Of a DNA stretch of 64,000 nucleotides, positions 29,236-38,248 are shown in pieces (position 1 is the stretch's first letter; each line of letters opens with the position of its first letter). Source of the DNA: Planctomycetaceae bacterium (GTDB lineage Bacteria; Planctomycetota; Phycisphaerae; SM23-33); the NCBI GenBank assembly GCA_039680605.1, contig JBDKTA010000014.1, positions 29,232 through 93,231 of the forward strand, read 5' to 3'. The position numbers and the translations under genes were made by a program. Below the pieces are notes generated by a model. The model saw nothing but the letters and a program-made list of their open reading frames with translations. It was not told where the DNA came from and did no database searches.

Positions 29236-29778
29236 TTAGGTTCCGGGAGTCTCGGCGGCGGCCTTGGGCTGCGTGTGCAGCGCCGTCAGGATCAGTTCGC
29301 ACACTTCTCGCACGGCGCCGTGGCCTCCCAGGCGGGTGCAGACGTACATGACCTGCGTGGCGGTCTTGCCCGGCGCATCGGCGGGGCAGGCGGAAAGCCC
29401 CGCCTGGGCGAGCACCGCCTGATCGTTGACATCGTCGCCTACGTAAGCGAGCTGCGGCCAATCCAGCCCGTGCTGCGCCAGCAGCGCTGCGACGGCAGTG
29501 ACTTTATCCTTGACGCCCAGCAGGCAGTCTTCGATCTGGAGCTTTCGCGCGCGGGCGGCCACAATGGGGCTGTTCTCGCTGGTGCAGATCGCCACGGCGA
29601 TTCCGGCCTTGCGCAGCAGCAGCAGGCCCATGGCATCGCGGGTATCGAATCGTTTGAGCTCTTCGCCTTGGGCGGAGTAGTACATCCCGCCGTCGGTGAG
29701 CGTACCGTCCACATCGACGCAGATGAGCTTCACGCGCCGCGAGGCTGCTTCGAGATCCGCCGCCGAGGCCTTGCTCAT
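29236..29778 (-). CDS. HAD-IIIA KdsC-family sugar-phosphate phosphatase (Kdo-8-P / NulO-9-P phosphatase-like)
   Basis: LICVDVDGTLTDGGMYY...GDDVNDQAVL motifs, classic KdsC/YrbI. Start ATG forms an ATGA overlap with the stop of the NeuB-like gene. Confidence 0.75.
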   Translation of the reverse strand: MSKASAADLEAASRRVKLICVDVDGTLTDGGMYYSAQGEELKRFDTRDAMGLLLLRKAGIAVAICTSENSPIVAARARKLQIEDCLLGVKDKVTAVAALLAQHGLDWPQLAYVGDDVNDQAVLAQAGLSACPADAPGKTATQVMYVCTRLGGHGAVREVCELILTALHTQPKAAAETPGT

Positions 29779-30671
29779 GCCCGGGCCTCGCCCGACGAAC
29801 GGTTCCACTTGAGCTTCTTGCGCTGGGGCAGCTCGATCGGGGCGATATCCACCGGCCGCCGCTGAAGGGCGTCGGCGATCTGGCGGTTGTTTCGTACGAC
29901 CCTTCGCATGCCGTCGGGCTCGAGGCTGGCGGCGTGATCGGTGCCCTTCCACGTCCGGTCGAGAGTGAAGTGCCGCTCAACCCAATCGGCCCCGAGCGTG
30001 AACGCCGCGATATCGGCGCCGATACCGTTGTGGTGCCCGCTGTAGCCGATGGCCTTGACCGTGCCGCCGTACGTCTCGATGAGGCGTTGGATCTCCTGCA
30101 GGTACAGGTTCTCAAATGGAACCGGATAGCCGGACGTGCAGTGGTAGACCACGGTATCCTTGAGACGATCGTGACGGTTGATGAAATCGACGATGTGCTC
30201 TTCTTCCTTGCGCGTCGTCATGCCCAGGGCGATGTGGATCTCGCCGCTGTACTCCTGGCACAGCATCGCCAACAGATCGTCCCAGGTGTTGCAGGCCGAG
30301 GGCACCTTGATGAGCTTGGGATCCAGCGAGATGATCTCCCGCGCGCTGGTCAGGTCCCAGACGCTGGAGGAATAGATCACGCCATAGCTTTCGCAGACGG
30401 CCTTGAGGTCGCGATGGATCGCCACGTCGAACTCGAGGAACTCGCGATGCTTGCCATACGTGTCGCCATAGCTGTTGGCGGGGTTGGGGTGCGGGGCGTT
30501 GTATTCCTGAGGCGTCAGACATTCCTTGATGCATCGCTTCTGGAACTTCACGACATCGACCTTGCAGAACTGGGCGGCCATCATGATCATCTCTTTGGCC
30601 GTCTCGACGCTGCCGCGATGATTCCCCCCGATCTCTGCCACAACCTTCGGAATACGTTTTTGTACCGTCAT
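29775..30671 (-). CDS. NeuB-family PEP-condensing ulosonic acid (phosphate) synthase, short form lacking the C-terminal SAF domain
   Basis: VVAEIGGNHRGSVE...VVKFQKR...YSGHHNGIGADIAAFTLGADWVERHFTLD. 298 aa; canonical NeuB is ~340 aa with an antifreeze-like domain. Confidence 0.75.
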   Translation of the reverse strand: MTVQKRIPKVVAEIGGNHRGSVETAKEMIMMAAQFCKVDVVKFQKRCIKECLTPQEYNAPHPNPANSYGDTYGKHREFLEFDVAIHRDLKAVCESYGVIYSSSVWDLTSAREIISLDPKLIKVPSACNTWDDLLAMLCQEYSGEIHIALGMTTRKEEEHIVDFINRHDRLKDTVVYHCTSGYPVPFENLYLQEIQRLIETYGGTVKAIGYSGHHNGIGADIAAFTLGADWVERHFTLDRTWKGTDHAASLEPDGMRRVVRNNRQIADALQRRPVDIAPIELPQRKKLKWNRSSGEARA

Positions 30672-30700
30672 GGGTGCCCTTCCTTCGCTCCATGTGGAGA

Positions 30701-31282
30701 TTAAGATACCGCCAACGCGCTTTCCACGAGTTCACAGATGACGTGATAAATAACCGTCGAGACTTCCTGCACGCGCGGGGTCTGGTCGGACGGAACGTCC
30801 AGCAGGATGTCCGCCAGGGCGGCGGACTGACCGCCGCCGCGGCCGGTCAGGGCGATCGTCGTCAGGCCCATCGCCTTGGCCTGCTTCATCGCGGCGATCA
30901 CGCTCGGGGCGTTGCCCGAGGTGCTCAGAGCGATGGCCACGTCGCCGCTCTTGGCGTTGGCCTCGAGCTGCCGCGCGAACACGCTCTGATAGCCGAAATC
31001 ATTGGCCAACGCCGTCAGGACCGAGCTGTTGACCGTCAGCGCCTCGGCCTTGAGGGCGCGGCGGTTCTTGAGGAACCGCCCCACCAGCTCGCCGGCCATG
31101 TGCTGGGCGTCGGCGGCCGATCCGCCGTTGCCGAACAGGAACACGCCGCCGCCGCTGCGATAGGCGGCGATGATGGCGTCGGCAGCCGCGGCGATGCGCG
31201 TGGCCAAGTGCTCCGGCGTCAGGCGAGCCAGAGCAGCGGACTCTTCAAACCGCTGTCGGATTATTCGTTCATCGCAGTTCAC
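30701..31282 (-). CDS. SIS-domain sugar-phosphate isomerase, GmhA-like (sedoheptulose-7-P isomerase family)
   Basis: FLFGNGGSAADAQHMAGELVGRF GmhA signature. 193 aa from a GTG start (VNCDERIIRQRFEE... aligns with the GmhA N-terminus). The ORF-track extension to 31744 shows a collapse of third-position GC and is treated as non-coding. Confidence 0.65.
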   Translation of the reverse strand: MNCDERIIRQRFEESAALARLTPEHLATRIAAAADAIIAAYRSGGGVFLFGNGGSAADAQHMAGELVGRFLKNRRALKAEALTVNSSVLTALANDFGYQSVFARQLEANAKSGDVAIALSTSGNAPSVIAAMKQAKAMGLTTIALTGRGGGQSAALADILLDVPSDQTPRVQEVSTVIYHVICELVESALAVS

Positions 31283-31740
31283 GTGTGGTTGCGTCTGGAT
31301 AGACTCCGTCCCCGTCGGGCGCACCCGAAAGCTCTTGTCTACCGCGTCCAGGCGGGGGATACCTGCATTCATTCCGCCGGGAAGCGGCAAAAGTTCGGCT
31401 ATCCGTGAAATACTTTCCTGTCGAAATCCGTACTTGATTGTAACATCGGCACTTCCGTCGACAAACTGAACCCGATTCGCAACAAGGATGAGAGGTATCC
31501 CGAGGCCGTGGAGAAGCCTCCAGAGTCCATGCACTATGGGGGAAACGGCAAACCAATGAAGACCACCATCGACCGTTTCTTGCACAGGAATCTTCCTCTT
31601 CTGGGCTGTGCATGGCGTCGTCGGCCACGGCGGGGATAGCCGACCATGTTGCGGCCGTAACGGCAGACAGTTCGATGGTCTGTTGGCGCGTTGAGGAAAC
31701 CAACTGGCCTCACATCGTCGGGGTGGTGGACGGCCCCGCA

Positions 31741-33414
31741 TCACCGGGGCAGATCGGAGTCTTCGGAAGCCTCTGCGACCGGACCTGTCCAGGACACGGC
31801 CGCAGGCGGGGTGTTCGGCGGCTTTCTATCGCCATTGCCGCCCGACAGTCCGATCTTGCGACGAATGCCGTCAGCTATGCCGCCGAATCGCTTCTTGTCT
31901 TCCTTGTCAAAGCCGACCCACCAGCACAGGGGAATCCACGCCAAGACGACCATGGCGGCGCAGGCCAGCAGCGGCACAAGCGTCTGGGGATTCACGGTCA
32001 GGCGAAGACCAACCGCCACGGCCGACAGAACCAGCAGCACCCACAGCGGCTGCGCATAGGCCTGTCGAAAGTACTCCCGCACCGGAAGCCCTGCCACCCT
32101 TGCGGTATGGACGGCGATGATCGGCCGCATGATGTACTGCATCACCACTGTCGGGACAATGACGCCAAGGGGCCCCAGCGGCGTAAAGCCGGCCAGGAAG
32201 ACCGAAGCTAGAATATTGATGATCCCTGAGACGGTGCTGAGCTTGGTCGCGAAGCCCAGCCGATTCATACCTATCAGGACTGCCCACTGCGTTCCGCCGG
32301 CATAGTTGCCAAGGTAGACCAGCGACCAACCAACCATGAACCAGGCAGCGACATGATAGTCATCACCGAGTTTTCCCCCCATCCACACTCTCATGATCGG
32401 ATCGGCAAAGACGCCGAGCATCACGCAGGTGGCTATGCCCATCAGAAACGTGTATTTGGTGCCGCGCACCAGCAGCGCGTGCAGCCGTTCCTTGTGGCCG
32501 ATGGAATGGTACCGAGTGGCCAGCGTATCCAACTGATTGCGGAACCCGCCGATAACCTGCTCAGCCATCATCGGCAGCGACATTCCCGGGGTATACAGCG
32601 TTACGCCCGCCGGAGAAAAGAAATACGAGATGACGATCGGGTCACTGCGGACGCTGATGAATCGCATCAGGTTGAAGATGAACATTTTTCCCCCGAGGGA
32701 GAACAGTTCACCGAAAGCATCTCGCCGGACGTAGACCGGGCTGATCCGCATGGCCGGCCAGATGTGCCAAGCCGCCCACGCCCGCACCAGCGTCATGGCG
32801 ACCAGGATGCCCGCCGAAATCAGCGCGTAAGCCATCAGGCCAGCATGCGTGACGCTCAGGATCGGAAACAGCAGCGCCGCCGTCAAAATCACATCAACGA
32901 TGCCGATGCCATTGCGAATATCAAAGCGGTTGTTGCTGACGATCGTGGAATTGAACACGGGGTTGACGAAAGACAGCACCATCGACGTGCTGCCGTAGAC
33001 TCGCAAGAGGAAGAGGGCCTGGTCCCACAGCGCCGCCGGCACATTGAATGCCCGGGCGATCTGCGGCGCCAGCACCACCACCAGTCCGCCCAGGAACACT
33101 CCCAGCGACAGATAGATCAGCATCGCCGTGCTGGCAACTTCGTTATAGCGGCGGTAATTCTTGACCGCGACATGCACCGCCAGCGTGCGGCTCAGGGCCG
33201 CCCGAAGACCCAAATCCACCAGTTCGCTAAACCCGATTAGAACCCCCACCAAGGCCACTATTCCATAACCGTCCTTGCCCAGTTCCCCGACCAGGAACGG
33301 GAGCAAGAACATATGCATCAAGCCCCTCGTGCCTTGATATATCCATGAACTGGCGGTATTGACGCCGATCCGTTTGGCTGTACTCACGGCCTCACCTTGA
33401 AACTGCTTTCCCAC
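31741..33414 (-). CDS. Wzx-type oligosaccharide flippase (MOP superfamily polysaccharide biosynthesis protein)
   Basis: 12-14 TM helices. N-terminal ...LPFLVGELGKDGYGIVAL... pattern of RfbX/Wzx flippases. Hydrophilic C-terminal tail. Confidence 0.75.
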   Translation of the reverse strand: MGKQFQGEAVSTAKRIGVNTASSWIYQGTRGLMHMFLLPFLVGELGKDGYGIVALVGVLIGFSELVDLGLRAALSRTLAVHVAVKNYRRYNEVASTAMLIYLSLGVFLGGLVVVLAPQIARAFNVPAALWDQALFLLRVYGSTSMVLSFVNPVFNSTIVSNNRFDIRNGIGIVDVILTAALLFPILSVTHAGLMAYALISAGILVAMTLVRAWAAWHIWPAMRISPVYVRRDAFGELFSLGGKMFIFNLMRFISVRSDPIVISYFFSPAGVTLYTPGMSLPMMAEQVIGGFRNQLDTLATRYHSIGHKERLHALLVRGTKYTFLMGIATCVMLGVFADPIMRVWMGGKLGDDYHVAAWFMVGWSLVYLGNYAGGTQWAVLIGMNRLGFATKLSTVSGIINILASVFLAGFTPLGPLGVIVPTVVMQYIMRPIIAVHTARVAGLPVREYFRQAYAQPLWVLLVLSAVAVGLRLTVNPQTLVPLLACAAMVVLAWIPLCWWVGFDKEDKKRFGGIADGIRRKIGLSGGNGDRKPPNTPPAAVSWTGPVAEASEDSDLPR

Positions 33415-34306
33415 ACATTATTTGCAAGTATTGCCGTATTGCCCCGACTGTTCCCCATATTCTTCTCCAAATCAAGTGGCGCTTATAGGGGTTCAGTGTC
33501 AAAACGGCCTTGAGATATTGCCGGACGATACTCAAACAGGAACCCGCCAGCATCTTGAGCATTCGGAAGCGCCCGGGGCGGGCTGAATCATAAAATTCCA
33601 TGGCCGATTGCCTTCCGCGATCAAAAGCGCTGCGCCTGAAGTACCGCCAATTCGCTCGAGAACCCGAGATATGCTGCACTTTCACATCAGGGTCGTAGAT
33701 CACCGTGCCCCCACGTGCCAGCACCGCGCGGATTGCGGCGTCCTCTTCCCCTGCAAAAAGCGTTTTGCCGGTGCGGCCCATCGCAGGGCTGAACCCCCCA
33801 ATCTCTTCAAGTGCGGCCTTTCGGAAGGCAAGGTTAAGACCGAAGATCCCAGAAGTAACGGGCTTGCGAACAGGGCCTAGGTCCACTCGCGACAGCCAGA
33901 TCTCAAATTTCGGCCCCATCCAGACAGGGGCAGGTCCATCGAGAAGCAGATCGGCCCGTCCGCCAATAATATCGGCACGCGTTTCATTGAAAGACGTATC
34001 GAGGTTGCGCAACCAGTGTCGATCGAGCAACACGTCGTCATCGAGAAATGCAACGATATCGCCCTTCGATTCGGCGATACCCCGATTTCGTGCATGCGAG
34101 AGCCCTTGCTGGGGCTCAAGCACATAACGTACATGCGGATCGGACATGAAAGGCTCGATCACCTTGGCGGTGTCATCGCGCGAGTTGTTGTCCACCACGA
34201 TCAGTTCGTAGTCCAAAGCTTGCATCGCTTCCTGTGCAAGAAAACTCTCCACCGCCTGGCGAAGCAATGGGGCCCGATTAAATGTACAGATCACGACCGA
34301 GATCAT
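33392..34306 (-). CDS. glycosyltransferase family 2
   Basis: MISVVICTFNRAPLLRQAVESF...VVDNNSRDDT...FLDDD motifs. Start at internal Met. Confidence 0.75.
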   Translation of the reverse strand: MISVVICTFNRAPLLRQAVESFLAQEAMQALDYELIVVDNNSRDDTAKVIEPFMSDPHVRYVLEPQQGLSHARNRGIAESKGDIVAFLDDDVLLDRHWLRNLDTSFNETRADIIGGRADLLLDGPAPVWMGPKFEIWLSRVDLGPVRKPVTSGIFGLNLAFRKAALEEIGGFSPAMGRTGKTLFAGEEDAAIRAVLARGGTVIYDPDVKVQHISGSRANWRYFRRSAFDRGRQSAMEFYDSARPGRFRMLKMLAGSCLSIVRQYLKAVLTLNPYKRHLIWRRIWGTVGAIRQYLQIMCGKAVSR

Positions 34307-34479
34307 TGCGCGAACCTTAAAAAAGACCGTTCCGATTGTAACAGAGCGTCTTGGCGATACACTACCATTTTCAACCGTACCCCTCGTGTTGCCCAAATCG
34401 CTTGAAAGGTTTCCCAAAGCTTGATCCTATTTTGTCCGACTAATATAGTTATTGATCTCAATCCGACGCGGAGCGCTCC
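34307..34479. promoter_or_regulatory. AT-rich divergent intergenic region: candidate promoters for the 25-kb minus-strand operon and the pyruvyl-transferase gene
   Basis: 173 bp with clearly lower GC than flanks (…ttaaaaaagaccgttccgattgtaac… ttgatcctattttgtccgactaatatagttattgatctc…) between divergently oriented genes. Confidence 0.35.
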
Positions 34480-35898
34480 ATGGGTATCTTGTCGAAGGAA
34501 GTCCCCGTAACCCCCCCGCTTGCCAGCCAGAAGCGTTGCCGGATCTATCTCTATCATGGCTCGGGATGGGGCAATGCCGGCGACAGCGCCCAGATGCTTT
34601 GCGCCCTGGAACGCCTGGAGCGAATGATACCCGATGCCGAAGTGGTGGTGGCGAAAGTCTACGCTGTTGACGATACGCAGCTCTATCGCGACCGCCCCAT
34701 CGGCATCGGAATAAGCCCGTTTCTGCACAAGCCCCTGCCGCCGATCATACGGTCGGTGATGGCTTTATGGCGCCGTATCCCGCTGCTGGGGCGGCTTCAT
34801 TCTGTTGTCATGTGGCATGTGCTGTCGTCTCGTGGGCGGAGGCTGGTATGGGCTGCCGCTATCGCCCGCCGCACCGGACGGGTCCCGCTCCTGAATGCCA
34901 AGGGGCGGGAGTTCGTGCGGCTTATCGCTTCCAGCGACGCCGTGTATTGTTCCGGAGGCGGCAACCTTAACGACAAATGGCTGACGAGCGAGTTGGTGCC
35001 CCGGTGTACCCTGTATCGCGTCGCGCACGCCTTGCGAAAACCCCTGATCGTCTCGGGGCAGGGTATCGGCCCGCTGAAAAGCCGCAAGGGCGAGGCCCTA
35101 CTGGCCAGGAGCATGCGCTGGGCCAGGATCATCGGTTGCCGGGACTTCTCCGAGTCGCGCGACCTGCTGCTGAAGCTGGGGCTGGAACAAAGCAAGCCTG
35201 TATCGCTGGGAGATGACGCTACGGACCTGCGAGTCTCCCCCCCTCAACGCATCCGGGAGATTCTCCAGGCCGAAGCCGTCACCGACGATGGCAAGCCTCT
35301 GGTTGCAGTTCACGTGCGCTTGCATACGTTTCCGCAGGATTTTCGAAAGCATGAGTCGGTGACGCGCTATGTGCAGACGCTCGATGCCATGATCGAGGAA
35401 CTGGATTGCCGGCTGCTCTTTATTCCCATCACCTACGCCAGGGCCAAAGCCTATGACCAGGATATGGGCGACGCTTTTGAGATCTTCACGCGGCTGAAAA
35501 ACAGGAACAGATGTCATTTCATCTGCCGCGAAGCGTACAGCCCTCCAGACATGAAGGGCGTCGTCGCCGCCTGCAAGCTCGTTGTCGCTTTCAGTTATCA
35601 CGCGTGGGTGTTCGGGATGACCTCCGGCGTGCCGGCATTGGGATTGTTCTTCGGCGACTATTTCCGCCTCAAGGCCGAAGGCTTCTTCGCCTGGTACGAC
35701 CGCCGGCAGTGGGCGATCAACATCCAGTCAATCCAAAAGGAATCCTTTCTGGAGATGATCAGAGAGATCATGGGCAACTACGATTGTCACCGTCGTCACC
35801 TGCTCGATGTGACGCAGGAAATGAGCCGATCCGTGCAGATGCCGGCGCAGATGCTTCGTGACGCCTTACAGCAGGACGGCAGCCCCGCGGGTTGCTGA
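34480..35898 (+). CDS. polysaccharide pyruvyl transferase (CsaB/WcaK/ExoV family)
   Basis: GWGNAGD and SGGGNLND motifs of PS_pyruv_trans. Confidence 0.75.
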   Translation: MGILSKEVPVTPPLASQKRCRIYLYHGSGWGNAGDSAQMLCALERLERMIPDAEVVVAKVYAVDDTQLYRDRPIGIGISPFLHKPLPPIIRSVMALWRRIPLLGRLHSVVMWHVLSSRGRRLVWAAAIARRTGRVPLLNAKGREFVRLIASSDAVYCSGGGNLNDKWLTSELVPRCTLYRVAHALRKPLIVSGQGIGPLKSRKGEALLARSMRWARIIGCRDFSESRDLLLKLGLEQSKPVSLGDDATDLRVSPPQRIREILQAEAVTDDGKPLVAVHVRLHTFPQDFRKHESVTRYVQTLDAMIEELDCRLLFIPITYARAKAYDQDMGDAFEIFTRLKNRNRCHFICREAYSPPDMKGVVAACKLVVAFSYHAWVFGMTSGVPALGLFFGDYFRLKAEGFFAWYDRRQWAINIQSIQKESFLEMIREIMGNYDCHRRHLLDVTQEMSRSVQMPAQMLRDALQQDGSPAGC

Positions 35899-35908
35899 CT
35901 CGGCCTCG

Positions 35909-37336
35909 TCAACGGCGTCCGACGAGCCTCTTAACGCCCTTTCGTGCCAAGCTGGCCATCCTACGCATCTTCTTGTGCGCCCAATACAACCGGTTGTGCA
36001 GCAGAATCCACGGGCGCATCGCTCGCAAGAAACGATCCAGAGTTGGATCATCCTGATACCGGTAGAACATCTTCCGGCTGCGCCGCTTGAGTTGCATGCG
36101 CAGCCGCTGGATCAACCGGTTGAACAACGGCAGCGAAGTGCGGGAGGGCGCCACGCGCTTCCTAGGCATCCACTGCTTCCTGCGACGTGCCAAGTAGAGC
36201 CGGTATGCCAATCCCTGGCGCCTATGGCGCAGCCCACCGGCCTGAGACTCAATCACCCTCTCCACTTCAATGGGCGAGACATTCAGGGCGCCTTTTCCCG
36301 CGGCGACCACGATCCGCTCCAGCAGTTCCGGGTTGCGACAAATCACGATATTCGTGCCCCGATCGTCCTGCGCGTATTCAGGCAGCCAAGCGTCTCCAAC
36401 GGAGACGTCGGCTGTCTCTGACAAAACGTCATCACAGCAATCGCAGGCGTCCAGCATGAAGAAGTTCAGGCTCCAATTGCCGCCGACAACATCTAAGGAA
36501 CGAATCTCTCTGGAGAGCGTCTCTTGCCCTTGGCATGTCTTGACCTCGAAGGCATAGTCCCAGGCATTCCTCCCGGGAATGGACTTTCGGAAATCCACCG
36601 TCTTGATGGCATCATCGCAAACCCCGCAGGTTCGCGAAAGATACTGAGCGAACTGGCGAGTCTTCAGATGCCCGCAGAACAGACCGATGGTATAGGCGAT
36701 ACGCTTGTTCAAGATTGGATCGGCCAAGCATGCCAATCGGATCGCCTTGACAAAGCAGGGCAAGCCCACAAACACCACTCGCTCTGATCCGGATCGTATC
36801 CGTGGGATCACCTGCGACAACTCAACTGGATAGTAGCGGCTCTTGCGGCACTGCTCTATCTCCTCGGCCGTGCGAATAATCTTGTACTCAAACAGGCGGT
36901 CCGGCGATGGGCCTGGGCCGACACATACCGCGGCGTCAACAGCCTTGCTCTTGAGAAGATCCTGGACCAGCCATGTTATGATCCCGCCCGACGTTGAGGC
37001 CGCTCGCTGCGCCTCGTCAGCTACGGCCCCTGCAAACGATCTGATGAAATATCCCGTCTCGCGACGGTGTTGAATCCCCGGGACACTTCCGAAGAGACGG
37101 CGGGCAATCGTGTCCTCGTCTTCGCCTTGATCTCCGAATGGACAAACCGCAAGGCCTTGGAGATTGCGGGCCTGGCTTGGGGCGTCCTTGCCGGATGCAC
37201 GAGCCGCATAACTGCCGAATGCGTCGCAACCGATCTGCCAATGTTCGGGAAACATCCCGGCACAGAGTCCGCACCCGACGCACGCGTGCGCTTCAACACG
37301 GCTCAAGACACTGTCGGCGCTCTTATCAAGACCCAT
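35909..37336 (-). CDS. coenzyme F420 hydrogenase/dehydrogenase beta-subunit-like Fe-S protein (frequent partner of pyruvyl transferases)
   Basis: N-terminal CVGCGLCAGMFP ferredoxin-type cysteine motif, then an FrhB-like body of 475 aa. Confidence 0.55.
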   Translation of the reverse strand: MGLDKSADSVLSRVEAHACVGCGLCAGMFPEHWQIGCDAFGSYAARASGKDAPSQARNLQGLAVCPFGDQGEDEDTIARRLFGSVPGIQHRRETGYFIRSFAGAVADEAQRAASTSGGIITWLVQDLLKSKAVDAAVCVGPGPSPDRLFEYKIIRTAEEIEQCRKSRYYPVELSQVIPRIRSGSERVVFVGLPCFVKAIRLACLADPILNKRIAYTIGLFCGHLKTRQFAQYLSRTCGVCDDAIKTVDFRKSIPGRNAWDYAFEVKTCQGQETLSREIRSLDVVGGNWSLNFFMLDACDCCDDVLSETADVSVGDAWLPEYAQDDRGTNIVICRNPELLERIVVAAGKGALNVSPIEVERVIESQAGGLRHRRQGLAYRLYLARRRKQWMPRKRVAPSRTSLPLFNRLIQRLRMQLKRRSRKMFYRYQDDPTLDRFLRAMRPWILLHNRLYWAHKKMRRMASLARKGVKRLVGRR

Positions 37337-37430
37337 TCTGTGTTCTTTATTTCACGAACGTCATGCGCATCAAATCGGCAGATACGAGCAGTTTAACATA
37401 TGCACCTGTTTTAAAAGGACCATATTCCAG

Positions 37431-38228
37431 TCAGGGGATCAGGAAATCATCGGTGCTGGAGGCAGGCTTCTCCGTTCCTGCCAAAGCCCCGCCGTGCCCC
37501 GTCGGAAGCCACATGTTGTCCGTTCCGTCGGACGAGATGAGAGGCGAAGTGGTCCACTTGACAGAACTGTCGGAATAAAGAACATTCTGCCCGGCACCGT
37601 GGTTGGAGGAATTTGCAGTTGCCGCCTTGCCGCTTGCCTCCATCCTGTAATACGTGGTGCCACCAATAGTCCCCGTGCTGCCTTTGAATGTGGTCAGTGG
37701 GTTCTTGTCAGCGCATATGGGGCGCGACTCCCCCATCCGACTCAGGCGGTTCTGGTTTGCGGTAACCTGAGTCTGATGCTGGTAGGAATAGCTGACATTA
37801 TTATAGGAGGCGAACCCCACCTGCGTCGAAAGCGTAAGCGGATCGGGAACCGCAGTGCTGACGCTGGGACAGACAAACGCTGCTGGGTTGGCATAGTTGA
37901 GGGCCTTGACCCCTGTGCCACTGGGAATGTACATCAGCATAAACATCGGACGAGTGCCGTCAAGGATATCCACTGCTGTCGGAGAGTTACTGTAGTAGCC
38001 GATCGCGCGCCACCAGATGCTGGTTGAATCCAGGGCTGGAAAATTATCTGCGTTGTCGGCGGCGTATTCGTGGCAGGCTTTGCCGACAGCTTTGAGATTC
38101 GACATGCACTTGGCCCGCCGGCTGGACTCCATTACTCCCACGAACACCGGCACGAGGATGGCCACCAGGACGGCCAGGATGGCCATCACCACCAGCAGTT
38201 CGATCAGCGTAAAGGCCCGACGGTTCAT
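37431..38228 (-). CDS. DUF1559 (H-X9-DG) prepilin-type N-terminal cleavage/methylation domain protein
   Basis: MNRRAFTLIELLVVMAILAVL... type IV pilin-like N-terminus. C-terminal SSNHGAGQNVLYSDSS H-X9-D(G/S) motif. Confidence 0.75.
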   Translation of the reverse strand: MNRRAFTLIELLVVMAILAVLVAILVPVFVGVMESSRRAKCMSNLKAVGKACHEYAADNADNFPALDSTSIWWRAIGYYSNSPTAVDILDGTRPMFMLMYIPSGTGVKALNYANPAAFVCPSVSTAVPDPLTLSTQVGFASYNNVSYSYQHQTQVTANQNRLSRMGESRPICADKNPLTTFKGSTGTIGGTTYYRMEASGKAATANSSNHGAGQNVLYSDSSVKWTTSPLISSDGTDNMWLPTGHGGALAGTEKPASSTDDFLIP

Positions 38229-38248
38229 TGCATCCTCGCTTTCACGTC

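Noticed and set aside
31283-31744. 154-codon N-terminal extension of the GmhA-like ORF
   Set aside because: Third-codon-position GC drops sharply (many NNA/NNT codons) compared with neighbouring genes. No homology to known GmhA N-termini. GmhA alignment begins at the GTG at 31282.
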